A stretch of DNA of 52,861 nt. Origin: Altererythrobacter sp. Lineage in GTDB: Bacteria > Pseudomonadota > Alphaproteobacteria > Sphingomonadales > Sphingomonadaceae. The stretch lies in the NCBI GenBank assembly GCA_029265155.1, contig JAJUJV010000001.1, positions 1 to 52,861 on the forward strand. The letters run 5' to 3'. Positions 27,745 to 37,698 of this stretch are shown in pieces. Numbering within the stretch: the first letter of the stretch is position 1; each line of letters starts with the position of its first letter. The translations under genes and the position numbers were made by a program. Under the pieces are notes generated by a model. That model made no database searches. It was given only the letters and a program-made list of their open reading frames with translations, and was not told the DNA's origin.

Positions 27745-28508
27745 AGCTGGTGATGCTCGGCTCCGGGACTTCGACCGGCGTGCCGCGCATCGGCAACGAA
27801 TGGGGCGAGTGCGATCCGGACGAGCCTCGGAACCGCCGTACCCGCGTCTCGATCGTCGTCGAGAGCAACGAGGGGGCAAGGCTCCTGGTCGATACCTCGA
27901 CCGACCTTCGGCAACAGTTGCTCACCAACAACATCGACAAAGTCGACGGGATCTTCTGGACGCACGATCACGCCGACCACTGCCACGGTATCGACGACTT
28001 GCGGCCGATGCGCTTCAACCGATCCGCACCGCTGCCGGGCTTTGCATCAGAAAGCACGGCGCGCAGCCTGCGGCAGCGTTTCAGCTACGTTTTCTCAGGC
28101 CGGTATGGCTATCCCACAATCGTGCAACTCGAAACGCTCGAACTCGTGAGAATCCATGCCGGGTTCGCCGTGGCCTCGGTAGAAATGCCTCACGGCCCAA
28201 CGACTAGTACCGGCTTTCGCTTTGATGCAGACGAGAAATCAATCGCTTACGCGACGGACTTCAGCGAGGTCACAGGCGAGATGATCGAGTTGTTCCGCGG
28301 CGTGGACATTCTGGTCACAGATTGCCTGCGTCGCGAGGCGCATCCCACCCATGCCAGTCTCGCGACTGCACTGGACCTGCACGAACGCTGCCGGCCCGGT
28401 ACCACTGTGCTAACGCACCTCGACATGACGATGGACTATGCGACGCTGTCAGCGGAGGTGCCGCCCGGAGTCCTGGTCGGATACGACGGACTGGAGCTCG
28501 TCGCTTGA
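27741..28508 (+). CDS. MBL-fold metallo-hydrolase (PhnP-like)
   Basis: LGSGTSTGVP, THDHADHCHGIDD, YATD, HPTH. Confidence 0.92.
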   Translation: MKLVMLGSGTSTGVPRIGNEWGECDPDEPRNRRTRVSIVVESNEGARLLVDTSTDLRQQLLTNNIDKVDGIFWTHDHADHCHGIDDLRPMRFNRSAPLPGFASESTARSLRQRFSYVFSGRYGYPTIVQLETLELVRIHAGFAVASVEMPHGPTTSTGFRFDADEKSIAYATDFSEVTGEMIELFRGVDILVTDCLRREAHPTHASLATALDLHERCRPGTTVLTHLDMTMDYATLSAEVPPGVLVGYDGLELVA

Positions 28509-28675
28509 ATCAATGGGTTTCGATCATAGCGCTGACGGCCTGGCTGGTACTGGCGCTAAGCGCCTATCGGACGCACCAGGTAGAGGGCCGAACGACGCTG
28601 GTCTTTGTGTTAGGCTGGATCTCGATCTTCTTCCTGACCGTGGCGGTGTTCACCTTGATGTCCCCCACCGGGTAA
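28505..28675 (+). CDS. Small two-TM membrane protein (56 aa)
   Basis: TTG overlapping the upstream TGA, GGAG at 28493-28496; MNQWVSIIALTAWLVLALSAYR...LVFVLGWISIFFLTVAVF. Confidence 0.65.
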   Translation: MNQWVSIIALTAWLVLALSAYRTHQVEGRTTLVFVLGWISIFFLTVAVFTLMSPTG

Positions 28676-28685
28676 CCCACCTCAC

Positions 28686-28713
28686 ATTTTACATAATATA
28701 TATTATCAGCCCG
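28686..28713 (-). other. Chromosomal dif site (XerC/XerD recombination site)
   Basis: Minus strand CGGGCTGATAA-TATATA-TTATGTAAAAT; 22/28 identical to E. coli dif, XerD arm 10/11; KOPS converge on it. Confidence 0.88.
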
Positions 28714-28715
28714 AA

Positions 28716-29471
28716 ATGTCCGAACAGCTAGAACGCCTCCTCTCGATCATGACGCGCCTTCGCGACCCACAACTCGGTTGCAAATGGGATGTTGCACAAA
28801 CGTTTGAGACGATCGCTCCGTACACCATCGAGGAAGCTTACGAGGTGGCCGATGCCATTGCGTGCGGTGATGTCGACGAGCTGCGTGGCGAGCTCGGCGA
28901 CCTGCTGCTCCAGGTCGTCTTTCATGCGCGGATCGCCGAAGAAGCTGGATACTTTTCGTTCGAAGACGTTGCACGCTCGATCGCCGACAAGATGGAAGCG
29001 CGGCATCCGCATGTGTTCGGCGATGACGCCGCCAACGATCGTGAGCGCCGTTGGGAAGAGCTCAAAGCGGCCGAACGCGAACAGAAGGGTGCGACAAGCT
29101 CGATGGACGGTGTCGCGCGCGCTCTGCCCGCGCTGCTCCGTGCGGAGAAGCTGCAGAAGCGTGCGGCTCGGGATGGATTCGATTGGCCCGATGCATGCGG
29201 ACCCGCGGAGAAGCTAGCCGAGGAGGCCCTCGAGCTGGGTGAAGCAACGCCCGACAAGCGGTTGGAAGAAGCGGGAGATCTGTTGTTCGCGGCGGTCAAT
29301 CTGGTGCGCGCCTATGGGGTCGCACCGGAAGAGGCCTTGCGCGCGGCCAATGACAAGTTCGAACGCCGCTATCGGGCGATGGAGTTGCTTGCCGGCGGCG
29401 ACTTCGCGGCACTATCGCTCGAAGATCAGGAAGCCTTGTGGCAACGCGTGAAGCGTGGCGCTGACGTCTAG
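28716..29471 (+). CDS. mazG: Nucleoside triphosphate pyrophosphohydrolase MazG
   Basis: LRDPQLGCKWD, IEEAYEV, ELGDLLLQVVFH, RHPHVFG, LPALLRAEKLQKRA. Confidence 0.95.
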   Translation: MSEQLERLLSIMTRLRDPQLGCKWDVAQTFETIAPYTIEEAYEVADAIACGDVDELRGELGDLLLQVVFHARIAEEAGYFSFEDVARSIADKMEARHPHVFGDDAANDRERRWEELKAAEREQKGATSSMDGVARALPALLRAEKLQKRAARDGFDWPDACGPAEKLAEEALELGEATPDKRLEEAGDLLFAAVNLVRAYGVAPEEALRAANDKFERRYRAMELLAGGDFAALSLEDQEALWQRVKRGADV

Positions 29472-29478
29472 CGAGGCA

Positions 29479-30795
29479 TCAGGCGCTATCCCGCCGCGCG
29501 TGGAACCGTGCCATGTCGCTCGGCGCTATGCGGATCTCATACCAGGCCTGTTCGCCTTCGACCCCGTAGTCGAGGACTTCGCCGTGCTGATGCAACCATG
29601 CCGCGCCCGCACCGTCCTCCAAGGGCAGGATCACCCGATAACGGCGATGACTTTGCGTCAGCATAGAGGCAATGTGCTCCTCGAGAACGGTGAGCCCCTC
29701 CCCTGTCTGGGCAGAGATCAGAACGACCTCGGAGTTCCCGGATGCAGCTGCCTCGAGCTCTTCACGCTGGTGACCATCGAGAAGGTCGAGCTTGTTCCAA
29801 GCCTCAATGATCCGCGTGCCGCCGCCCTCACCCTCTTCGACGACGCCAAGTTCGGTCAGCACCTCGATGACCTGCCGCTTTTGCATGGCATTGTCCGGGT
29901 TGGCCATGTCGCGGACATGCACAATCACGTCGGCCGCGGTGACTTCCTCGAGCGTGGCTCGGAACGCGGCGATCAACTGCGTCGGCAGGTCTGAGATGAA
30001 CCCGACGGTATCCGATAGGATCGCCTTGTCGACACCTGGCAGACGGATGGCCCGCATGGCAGGATCGAGAGTGGCGAAGAGCATGTCTTCGGCCATCACC
30101 TGCGCGCCGGTCATCCGGTTGAACAACGTGGATTTTCCGGCGTTGGTGTAACCGACCAGCGCGATAACTGGCCAGGGCGCCCTGCCCCGCCGCTCCCGAT
30201 GTAGGCCGCGAGTCTTGCGGACCTGTTCGAGTTCGCGTCGCAGTTTTCCCATTCGCGCACGGATCATCCGACGGTCGGCTTCTATCTGCGTCTCACCGGG
30301 GCCGCCGAGAAACCCGAAACCGCCGCGCTGGCGTTCGAGGTGCGTCCAACTCCTGACGAGCCGGCTCTGCTGATAGTCCAGATGAGCGAGCTCAACTTGT
30401 AGCCGCCCCTCCGCGGTAGCCGCCCGTTCGCCAAAAATCTCGAGGATCAGCCCGGTTCGGTCGATGACCTTGCGCTTGAGCTTCTCTTCGAGATTGCGCT
30501 GCTGGATGGCCGAGAGCGAGCCATCGACGATGACCAGCTCGGCTTGTTCCTGCTCGCACGCGAGGCCGATCCGTTCGATCTGCCCTTCCCCGAACAATGT
30601 ACCCGGACGGACCATGCGGATCGGCAAGATGAACGCCTCGGCCACAACGATACCGATCGCCAGAGCGAGACCCTTGGCTTCTTCGAGCCTGGCCTCGGGG
30701 TCGTCGGATCGCCGCTGTCCGCGAATGTCGGGACAGACCACGACGGCGCGTGCGCCCCGTGTGACTTCGCCTTCGATCTCGTTGTCCGCAGTCAG
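29479..30795 (-). CDS. hflX: GTPase HflX (probable CTG start at 30795; GTG 30741 is the alternative)
   Basis: [35 protein letters not shown]; directly downstream of hfq. Confidence 0.93.
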   Translation of the reverse strand: MTADNEIEGEVTRGARAVVVCPDIRGQRRSDDPEARLEEAKGLALAIGIVVAEAFILPIRMVRPGTLFGEGQIERIGLACEQEQAELVIVDGSLSAIQQRNLEEKLKRKVIDRTGLILEIFGERAATAEGRLQVELAHLDYQQSRLVRSWTHLERQRGGFGFLGGPGETQIEADRRMIRARMGKLRRELEQVRKTRGLHRERRGRAPWPVIALVGYTNAGKSTLFNRMTGAQVMAEDMLFATLDPAMRAIRLPGVDKAILSDTVGFISDLPTQLIAAFRATLEEVTAADVIVHVRDMANPDNAMQKRQVIEVLTELGVVEEGEGGGTRIIEAWNKLDLLDGHQREELEAAASGNSEVVLISAQTGEGLTVLEEHIASMLTQSHRRYRVILPLEDGAGAAWLHQHGEVLDYGVEGEQAWYEIRIAPSDMARFHARRDSA

Positions 30796-31364
30796 TCGCC
30801 GTCGCCTTCGTCATCACCGATTTCGGCCGTAAGATCGACTGGAGCGGCCGGCTGGATAGTCGAAACCGCATGCTTGTAGGCCAGTTGAACGAAGCCTTCG
30901 CGTTCCAGCAGCATGCAAAAAAGATCGTACGAAGCGATTCGCCCCTGCAACATGACGCCGTTCACCAGGAACATTGTCACTTGTACGCCGGCGTCGCGGA
31001 CGCGAGACAGGAATATGTCCTGAAGAAGCCGCTGCTTCTTGCCCCCGTCACCGCTCGCGAACAACTCCGCATCGACCGGCACGCCGGGCATGATCGTCGA
31101 AATCGCGTGCTTATAGACGAGCTGCGACTGCCCATCCCTGCGAAGCAGGATAGAGAAGTTGTCGAACCAGGTGACAATGCCTTGCAGTTTGACGCCTTTG
31201 ACGAGGAACATCGTCACCGGCGTCTTCTCGCGGCGTAGATGATTGAGGAACTGGTCCTGCAGGTTCGCCGGTTTGGCCCCTGCAGCGGCCGGAGCCGCAG
31301 CCGGTGCCGGTTCCGGTTCCGGCGGCGCCGGTCGCGGACGCGGAGTTAAGGTTCCCTTGGCCAT
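30792..31364 (-). CDS. hfq: RNA chaperone Hfq with two tandem Sm domains
   Basis: Two repeats: LQDQFL...LVKGVKLQG...YKHAISTI and LQDIFL...LVNGVMLQG...YKHAVSTI. Confidence 0.95.
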   Translation of the reverse strand: MAKGTLTPRPRPAPPEPEPAPAAAPAAAGAKPANLQDQFLNHLRREKTPVTMFLVKGVKLQGIVTWFDNFSILLRRDGQSQLVYKHAISTIMPGVPVDAELFASGDGGKKQRLLQDIFLSRVRDAGVQVTMFLVNGVMLQGRIASYDLFCMLLEREGFVQLAYKHAVSTIQPAAPVDLTAEIGDDEGDGD

Positions 31365-31507
31365 TTACCTGACTCCTCTTGTTGGCGGCCACCTAGCGAC
31401 CGCATTCTGGCTCTTCGTGTCCTGCACGAAGCGCCGATGTTCCTCGCCGATCTAGGCCCGGTGCCGTCGTAGCGCAAATGCCATCTGCGGGACGAAGTTC
31501 CTGACCA

Positions 31508-32893
31508 CTACTCCTTCTCGAACGGATCGGACCTTTCGCTCATGCCAAGCAGCTTCAGCTTCCGGTGCAGCGCCGACCGTTCCATGCCGATAAAGCCCGC
31601 CGTTTTCGAGATGTTGCCGGAGAAGCGGCGGATCTGGATGCGCAGATACTCGCGTTCGAAGTTCTCGCGCGCTTCCCTCAACGGAACCCCCATGAGCGTG
31701 GACAAACCCGCAACATTTCCGCCTGCGCCCCCGGTGATTTCGGGGGGCAGCATGTCCGGCTCAATCCGCGCCATCCGATCACGCGGGGTGAGAATCACCG
31801 TCCGTTCGACCACGTTGCGGAGCTGGCGCACGTTGCCCGGCCAGTCATAGGCCTGCAACGCCGCGAGCGCTTCTGCTGAAATCTCGGGCGCAGGAAGGCC
31901 CTGCTCGCGGGCGTAACGGGTGAAAAAGTGATCCGCGAGCGGTGGAATATCGTCGCGCCGTTCGGCAAGCGAAGGCAGCGCAACGGGCACCACGTTGAGC
32001 CGGTAGAACAAGTCTTCCCGGAAGCGCTTCTCTTCTATTTCCTTCTCGAGGTCGCGTCCCGTCGATGACACCACCCTCACATCCACGCCGATCTGGCGGT
32101 TCCCGCCGGCACGCACAAAACCTTGCTCAGTAAGCACACGCAGGATCCGAGCTTGGGTGCTCATCGGCATGTCGGCGACTTCGTCGAAATAGAGCGTGCC
32201 CCCGTCCGCCATTTCCAACAATCCCGGCCGCACGAGCTTGCCGTCGTCTTCCTCCCCGAACAGTTCCTGCTCGAAACGTTCCGGCGTGATGCGCGCCGAG
32301 TTGACCGTGACGAAGGCCTTGTCCGCGCGAGGACTCCAGGCATGAAGAAGGCGGGCGGCAACTTCTTTGCCGGAGCCGGCCGGTCCGCTGATCAGCACGC
32401 GGCTTCCGGTGTTGGCAACCCGCTTGAGCGTCGCCCGCACTTGGTTGATCGCGCTCGAGTTGCCGGTGAACTCCTCCGCCAAGCTGTGGCCTTCGCGCAG
32501 CCGCGCATTCTCCCGGCGCAGCCGCTCGGTTTCGGTCGCGCGCGCCACCAGCAGAAGCAGTCGCTCGGTTTCAAATGGCTTCTCCAGGAAATCCACCGCG
32601 CCGCGGCTGATCGCAGAGACAGCCGTGTCGATGTTGCCGTGGCCGGAGAAGATGATCACCGGCAACTGAGGTTCGCGCGCCTTGATGGCGTCGAGCACTT
32701 CGAGGCCGTCCATCGGGCTGCCGTGCAGCCATACGTCGAGCAACACGAGGCTTGGCCGCCGCTCGTCGATGAGCCGGAGCGCGGTGGCGCTGTCGCCCGC
32801 CGTGCGGCAGACAAACCCCTCGTCGGTCAGCACCCCCGCCACAAGGTCGCGGATATCCTGTTCGTCGTCCACCACCAGGATGTCGAGCGCCAT
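31508..32893 (-). CDS. ntrX: Response regulator NtrX
   Basis: DILVVDDE, SGHGNI, GPAGSGKE, no GAFTGA motif, GMERSALHRKLK; between ntrY and hfq. Confidence 0.93.
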   Translation of the reverse strand: MALDILVVDDEQDIRDLVAGVLTDEGFVCRTAGDSATALRLIDERRPSLVLLDVWLHGSPMDGLEVLDAIKAREPQLPVIIFSGHGNIDTAVSAISRGAVDFLEKPFETERLLLLVARATETERLRRENARLREGHSLAEEFTGNSSAINQVRATLKRVANTGSRVLISGPAGSGKEVAARLLHAWSPRADKAFVTVNSARITPERFEQELFGEEDDGKLVRPGLLEMADGGTLYFDEVADMPMSTQARILRVLTEQGFVRAGGNRQIGVDVRVVSSTGRDLEKEIEEKRFREDLFYRLNVVPVALPSLAERRDDIPPLADHFFTRYAREQGLPAPEISAEALAALQAYDWPGNVRQLRNVVERTVILTPRDRMARIEPDMLPPEITGGAGGNVAGLSTLMGVPLREARENFEREYLRIQIRRFSGNISKTAGFIGMERSALHRKLKLLGMSERSDPFEKE

Positions 32894-32927
32894 CAATCGA
32901 TCTCCGTCCATGTTGTTCGCTGCTGGT

Positions 32928-35159
32928 TCATTCCGCTGCCTCGCTGTTGCCCGTCCGGGCCGTGGGCTCGCGCGCGAAGCGCAGCGTCGCCTGGGCGCCT
33001 GAAGCGGCCGGGGCAAAGCTCAGGTCTCCGCCGTGCTCTTCGACGATCTTCTTGACGATCGCGAGGCCTAGGCCGGTGCCCTTTTCCCGGGTCGTGACGT
33101 AGGGTTCCATGATGCTCACTCCCCCCTGCGGCAGCCCGATGCCATTATCGGTAATGCAGACGGTCAGGTGCCGATCGTCTACCGCCACCTCTACCTCGAT
33201 GCGGCCGCGATAATCCGCCTCGGCTTCCTGCTGTTTGGCGTCCACCGCCTCGGCAGCGTTCTTGAGGACGTTTGTCATCGCCTGACCGAACTGGTGCCGG
33301 TCGCACTCGATCCGGGGCACGTCCGGCGGCGAGGTGAAGACGTAATCGATCTCCGGGTGCGCGACCTCCTGCAGGAACAAGGCCTGGCGAACGAGATCGA
33401 CGGCATCTTCGGCGCGGAACACCGGTTTCGGCAGTCGAGCAAACGAGGAAAACTCGTCGACCATCTTGCGCAGGTCACCCACCTGGCGAATGATCGTGCC
33501 GGTCAATTCCTCGAAAAGCTCGCCATCCTCCTCGATCTGCTTGCGATAGCGACGCTTGAGTCGCTCCGTCGCGAGTTGGATCGGGGTGAGCGGGTTCTTG
33601 ATCTCGTGAGCGATGCGGCGGGCGACATCGGACCACGCGGCCTGACGCTGATCTACCAGCTGGCGCGTGATATCCTCGAACGTGATGACGTGTCCTTCGG
33701 CAGTCGGCGCAATCTTCACGGCGAGCGTCTGTAACTCACCGCCCTTGCTGTATTGTACGACGCCGCTGCCCGCTTCACTGCGCAACAATGCAGCAATTTG
33801 CGGGGCGATTTCTGCGAGTTCGAGACCGATCGGCGCGGGTCCGGCCCGGTCGAGGAGCAGTTCCTGCGCCGAGTTGTTCATCAGCGAGATTTGACCGTCG
33901 GAATCGACCGAAATTATGCCCGCCGTGCTCGATTGCAGCACGGCCTCCATGAACGCACGCCGCTCTGCAAGTTGTCGATTGGCACCGATAAGCGCATCCG
34001 TTTGCCGTTCGATCTGTTCTGTCATGCGGTTGAAGGCACGGTTGAGGAGACCGATTTCGTCTGGCCCGGTGCGACCGGTGACGCGTAGCGCGTAGTTGCC
34101 TGCTCCAACCTCGCGAGCCGCCGTAACCAACTCTGCCAGCGGCTTCACCTGGCGATCGGCAAAGCGCAGCGCAAACCAGACGGCTAACCCGACGAGGATG
34201 ACGGGAAACACGAACAGCAGCAGGTTGAACCGGACCTGCAAAACCCTGCCCCGTTCCGACAGCACATCATATTGCCGCAGCACGCTCTGCGCTCGCTCCC
34301 ACTGACTCAGCGCGTTGAGGTCCGAGCGGCGGGCCACGTAGAGATAGATACCGCTGGTTCGATCGATCGGCGCGACCGCCTCGATGAGTTCCGGACTCGC
34401 GATCACCACGACCTCTTCGCCCGTGCGCAGCCGGTTCAGGGTATCGACATCGATCCGCTCTTCGGCCGAGATCCCTTCGTCCGGATCGACGATGGCCAGC
34501 GTGCCGATTTCGCCGCCAGGCTGGTGCTGAAGGATCGCGCTTTCAGTGAAGTCACGATAGACAACCTGATAGGCATATCCGTCGTCAAAGTCGGGACTCG
34601 TGATACTACCCTGCCGCAGGTACTCACGAATGTCTCCGACCATAGCGGCGGTTTCCAACCGAACGTCCTGCTGGCTCTGCTGGTAATATCCCTGGGCTAG
34701 CCGATTAGCGTTCTCGAAAAGGCCGCGCGAACTCTCGGAAAACCAGAAGCCGACGCCGGTCTGAAACAAAAAGCTGGCGAACACGGCGACCAACAGCGTG
34801 GGGACCGCTGCCACGAGCGAAAAGAAGAACACCAGATTGACGTGTAGTCGCGCCGTCGTGCCCCCCGCGCGGCGGATGGCAAGGCGACGACCGAATAGAA
34901 TGACGAGCGTCATCGCTGGAATGAGCGTTCCAACCAGCATCGCCGCCGCCTGCACCGACGGTACCATGCGCTTGGGATCGTTTGATCCCGTCAGCGCGAG
35001 ATAAGAGGTCGCGAGCATGACGATCAGCGCCGCCGCCGCCGCAAGTTCTAGCCACAGATAGAGGTTTGCGCGCCGGGCTATCACCAGGCCTCGTCGCCAC
35101 CAGCGCGGGCTGGAGCGCAACGGCCGCGCTATCGGCTTGGGGGCTGGAGACACGGCCAT
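32928..35159 (-). CDS. ntrY: Sensor histidine kinase NtrY
   Basis: TM segments, [44 protein letters not shown]; ATG 35159. Confidence 0.93.
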   Translation of the reverse strand: MAVSPAPKPIARPLRSSPRWWRRGLVIARRANLYLWLELAAAAALIVMLATSYLALTGSNDPKRMVPSVQAAAMLVGTLIPAMTLVILFGRRLAIRRAGGTTARLHVNLVFFFSLVAAVPTLLVAVFASFLFQTGVGFWFSESSRGLFENANRLAQGYYQQSQQDVRLETAAMVGDIREYLRQGSITSPDFDDGYAYQVVYRDFTESAILQHQPGGEIGTLAIVDPDEGISAEERIDVDTLNRLRTGEEVVVIASPELIEAVAPIDRTSGIYLYVARRSDLNALSQWERAQSVLRQYDVLSERGRVLQVRFNLLLFVFPVILVGLAVWFALRFADRQVKPLAELVTAAREVGAGNYALRVTGRTGPDEIGLLNRAFNRMTEQIERQTDALIGANRQLAERRAFMEAVLQSSTAGIISVDSDGQISLMNNSAQELLLDRAGPAPIGLELAEIAPQIAALLRSEAGSGVVQYSKGGELQTLAVKIAPTAEGHVITFEDITRQLVDQRQAAWSDVARRIAHEIKNPLTPIQLATERLKRRYRKQIEEDGELFEELTGTIIRQVGDLRKMVDEFSSFARLPKPVFRAEDAVDLVRQALFLQEVAHPEIDYVFTSPPDVPRIECDRHQFGQAMTNVLKNAAEAVDAKQQEAEADYRGRIEVEVAVDDRHLTVCITDNGIGLPQGGVSIMEPYVTTREKGTGLGLAIVKKIVEEHGGDLSFAPAASGAQATLRFAREPTARTGNSEAAE

Positions 35160-35218
35160 CGTTGCACGATTACAACGGCGCTGTTGCAACAACGCAAGGT
35201 GTTTCTTTGCAGCGATCG

Positions 35219-36628
35219 TCAGCTTCGTTGCGCAAACTGTTCAGGATCGATCCGCAAATCGTCGAGGCGCTTCCGCAACGTGTTGCGGTTGATGCCGAGC
35301 AGTTGGGCGGCCCGGAGCTGATTTCCGCCGGTTTCGCGCAAAGCGTGCTCGAACAAGGGCCGCTCAAACGCTGCCAGCGCCTGGTGATAAAGGGAACCCG
35401 GCCCGGGCTTCGCCGCCACCAGCCAAGCATCGAGAGCGCCCGCAAAGTTAGCAGGTGAGCCGACATCAGCGACCGGAGCGTCGGCCAGCAACTGCTGCAC
35501 CGAGCCGGCATCGATCCGCTCCTCGCGCGAAAGTAGCGCCGCCCGGAAAACGAAGTTGCGCAGCTCGCGCACGTTCCCGCGCCAGGGTTGTGCTTCCAGC
35601 AACGACACGGCCTCCTGCGAGAAGCTGCGGAGCGGCAGCCCCTCAGCGGCCGCTTGCCGCAGGAAGTGCCGGACCAACGGCTCAATGTCGCCGCTACGCT
35701 CCCGCAGCGGCGGCAAGTTGATCGGCACGACGTTGAGCCGGTAGTATAGATCCTCCCGGAAACTTCCCGCGGCGATCATCGGCATCAGATCACGGTTGGT
35801 GGCAGCCACAATCCGCACGTCGATGGCGATTTCCTCGCGCCCGCCGACGCGGCGAATCCGGCCTGACTGTAGCGCACGAAGCAGGCGGGTCTGCGCTTCC
35901 GGCGGCATGTCACCGATCTCGTCCAGGAGCAGCGTGCCGCCGTGAGCCTGTTCGAACTTGCCGATGCTGCGGCTGACTGCGCCAGTGAACGCGCCCTTCT
36001 CGTGCCCGAACAGCTCGCTTTCGATCAGCTCGCGCGGGATGGCAGCGGTATTGACGGCAACGAAAGGTCCGGCCTTGCGTGAGCCGAGCTGATGGATGGC
36101 TTCGGCCACCAGCTCTTTACCGGTACCGGATTCTCCCAAGATCAGCACCGACAAATCGTTACGCAGGACCCGCGTGATCATGCGGTAAACGTCCTGCATT
36201 GCCTGACTGCGTCCGATCAACGGCAGGCCTTCCCCGGGGTCGTCTCTCGCCACGCTGAGGCCACTGCGCGCATCGGCCGCCTGGCAGGCGGCACGAACCA
36301 ACTCATCCAGATCGAACGGCTTCGGGAAATATTCAAACGCTCCCGTGTCGGTCGCTCTCACAGCCGTATCGAGAGTGTTTTGGGCCGACAGAATAATGAC
36401 CGGCAGGTCGGGATAAACGCGGTCAATTTCAGCCAAGCTCGCGATGCCGTCACCATCGGTTAGCACGACGTCCGTAAGCATGACGTCATAGCCCCGCGAC
36501 GCTAAATGCCGGTCACGGGCGGCGATGCTGTCGCACCGGTCGACCGAGAACGCCTCCGCCTCCAAGGCGGCGGTGATGACCGTCGCGATCGAAGCGTCAT
36601 CCTCGACGAGCAATGCGCGCCTCGTCAT
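35219..36628 (-). CDS. ntrC: Nitrogen regulation sigma-54 activator NtrC
   Basis: SAQNTL, GESGTGKE, GAFTGA, LLGINRNTLRK; ATG 36628. Confidence 0.95.
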   Translation of the reverse strand: MTRRALLVEDDASIATVITAALEAEAFSVDRCDSIAARDRHLASRGYDVMLTDVVLTDGDGIASLAEIDRVYPDLPVIILSAQNTLDTAVRATDTGAFEYFPKPFDLDELVRAACQAADARSGLSVARDDPGEGLPLIGRSQAMQDVYRMITRVLRNDLSVLILGESGTGKELVAEAIHQLGSRKAGPFVAVNTAAIPRELIESELFGHEKGAFTGAVSRSIGKFEQAHGGTLLLDEIGDMPPEAQTRLLRALQSGRIRRVGGREEIAIDVRIVAATNRDLMPMIAAGSFREDLYYRLNVVPINLPPLRERSGDIEPLVRHFLRQAAAEGLPLRSFSQEAVSLLEAQPWRGNVRELRNFVFRAALLSREERIDAGSVQQLLADAPVADVGSPANFAGALDAWLVAAKPGPGSLYHQALAAFERPLFEHALRETGGNQLRAAQLLGINRNTLRKRLDDLRIDPEQFAQRS

Positions 36629-36639
36629 GTGTCCTTCCC

Positions 36640-37698
36640 CTATTTCGCTCGCGGCAGGTGAACCCGGAAGTGAGTCCACCCAGCTGTTTCGTCGCGCTCA
36701 TGACCGATACGACCATCCATGTCGCGGACCAGCTTGCTGACGAGCGCAAGGCCCAGACCTTGGCCGTTCTTCTTGCTGGAGACGAACGGCTCAAAAATAT
36801 GCTCGCGCAAAGCTGGGTCTATGCCCGGTCCGTTGTCGCTGATCTGCACCTCGATCGGCAATTTGACCGGCCGCCCCAAGCGCATGACGTTGCGTGCAAG
36901 TCCGCTGACGAAGCGTGTGCGGACGACGATCTCCGGGTTTCTGACGTGACGGCAAGCATCCCGCGCGTTGACGATCAAGTTGATCAGCACCTGGACCAGC
37001 GCGCCTTCGTTGGCGAGCACGGGCGGGAGCGAAGGATCGAACTCTTCCCGCAGCGGCACTGGAGAGGAGTCCGCAGCGGTAACGATCTCGACAGCGCGCC
37101 GCACCGCAGCGTGTAGGTTGACGGGTTCCACCGGCTCCGGTTGCTCCCGGCCGAGCCGCTGCATGCGATCGATGAGCTGAGCAATACGATCAACCTCGTC
37201 GGTAATCAGGCTCGTTAGCGCCCGCTCCTCGTTTGGGAGTTTGCGCGCCACGAGTTGCGCCGCGCCGCGGATGGCCGCGAGCGGGTTTTTGATCTCGTGA
37301 GCCAGCACGGCTGGGCCGCGCAACGCACCGGCGCGCTCCTCATCGGCGGCACGCTCCCCCTGCCCCGCATCCGACAGCGTCACTGTGCGCCAGCCTGGAT
37401 GGGCGACGAGAGGGGAGAGGGTCAGGTTCACGAGCAAGTCCCGCCCATCGACACGGATCGGCAAGCCGCGCGCGACGAGTTGCGCCTCGTCGGCGAAAAT
37501 CTTGTCGCGGACACGACCATCGGCAAACGAGACAGTTTCGAGAAACGGCTTCCCGACAAGGCGCCGGGCGCTGTGGCCCAGCATGCTTTCTGCGGCTGGG
37601 TTGACCTGAGCAATGGTAAGGTCTGGAGCAATCAATAGCAGAGCGAAGGTAAGGCCGGCGATCTGCTCCCGGGGTTCTGGAACGCCGGCCTCGTTCAC
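36640..37698 (-). CDS. ntrB: Nitrogen regulation sensor kinase NtrB
   Basis: PAS domain, [29 protein letters not shown]; GTG overlaps the dusB stop. Confidence 0.92.
   Translation of the reverse strand: MNEAGVPEPREQIAGLTFALLLIAPDLTIAQVNPAAESMLGHSARRLVGKPFLETVSFADGRVRDKIFADEAQLVARGLPIRVDGRDLLVNLTLSPLVAHPGWRTVTLSDAGQGERAADEERAGALRGPAVLAHEIKNPLAAIRGAAQLVARKLPNEERALTSLITDEVDRIAQLIDRMQRLGREQPEPVEPVNLHAAVRRAVEIVTAADSSPVPLREEFDPSLPPVLANEGALVQVLINLIVNARDACRHVRNPEIVVRTRFVSGLARNVMRLGRPVKLPIEVQISDNGPGIDPALREHIFEPFVSSKKNGQGLGLALVSKLVRDMDGRIGHERDETAGWTHFRVHLPRAK

Noticed and set aside
28693-28706. Perfect palindrome ATAATATATATTAT as a transcription-factor operator such as NrdR
   Set aside because: Poor fit to the NrdR box; better explained as the dyad core of dif
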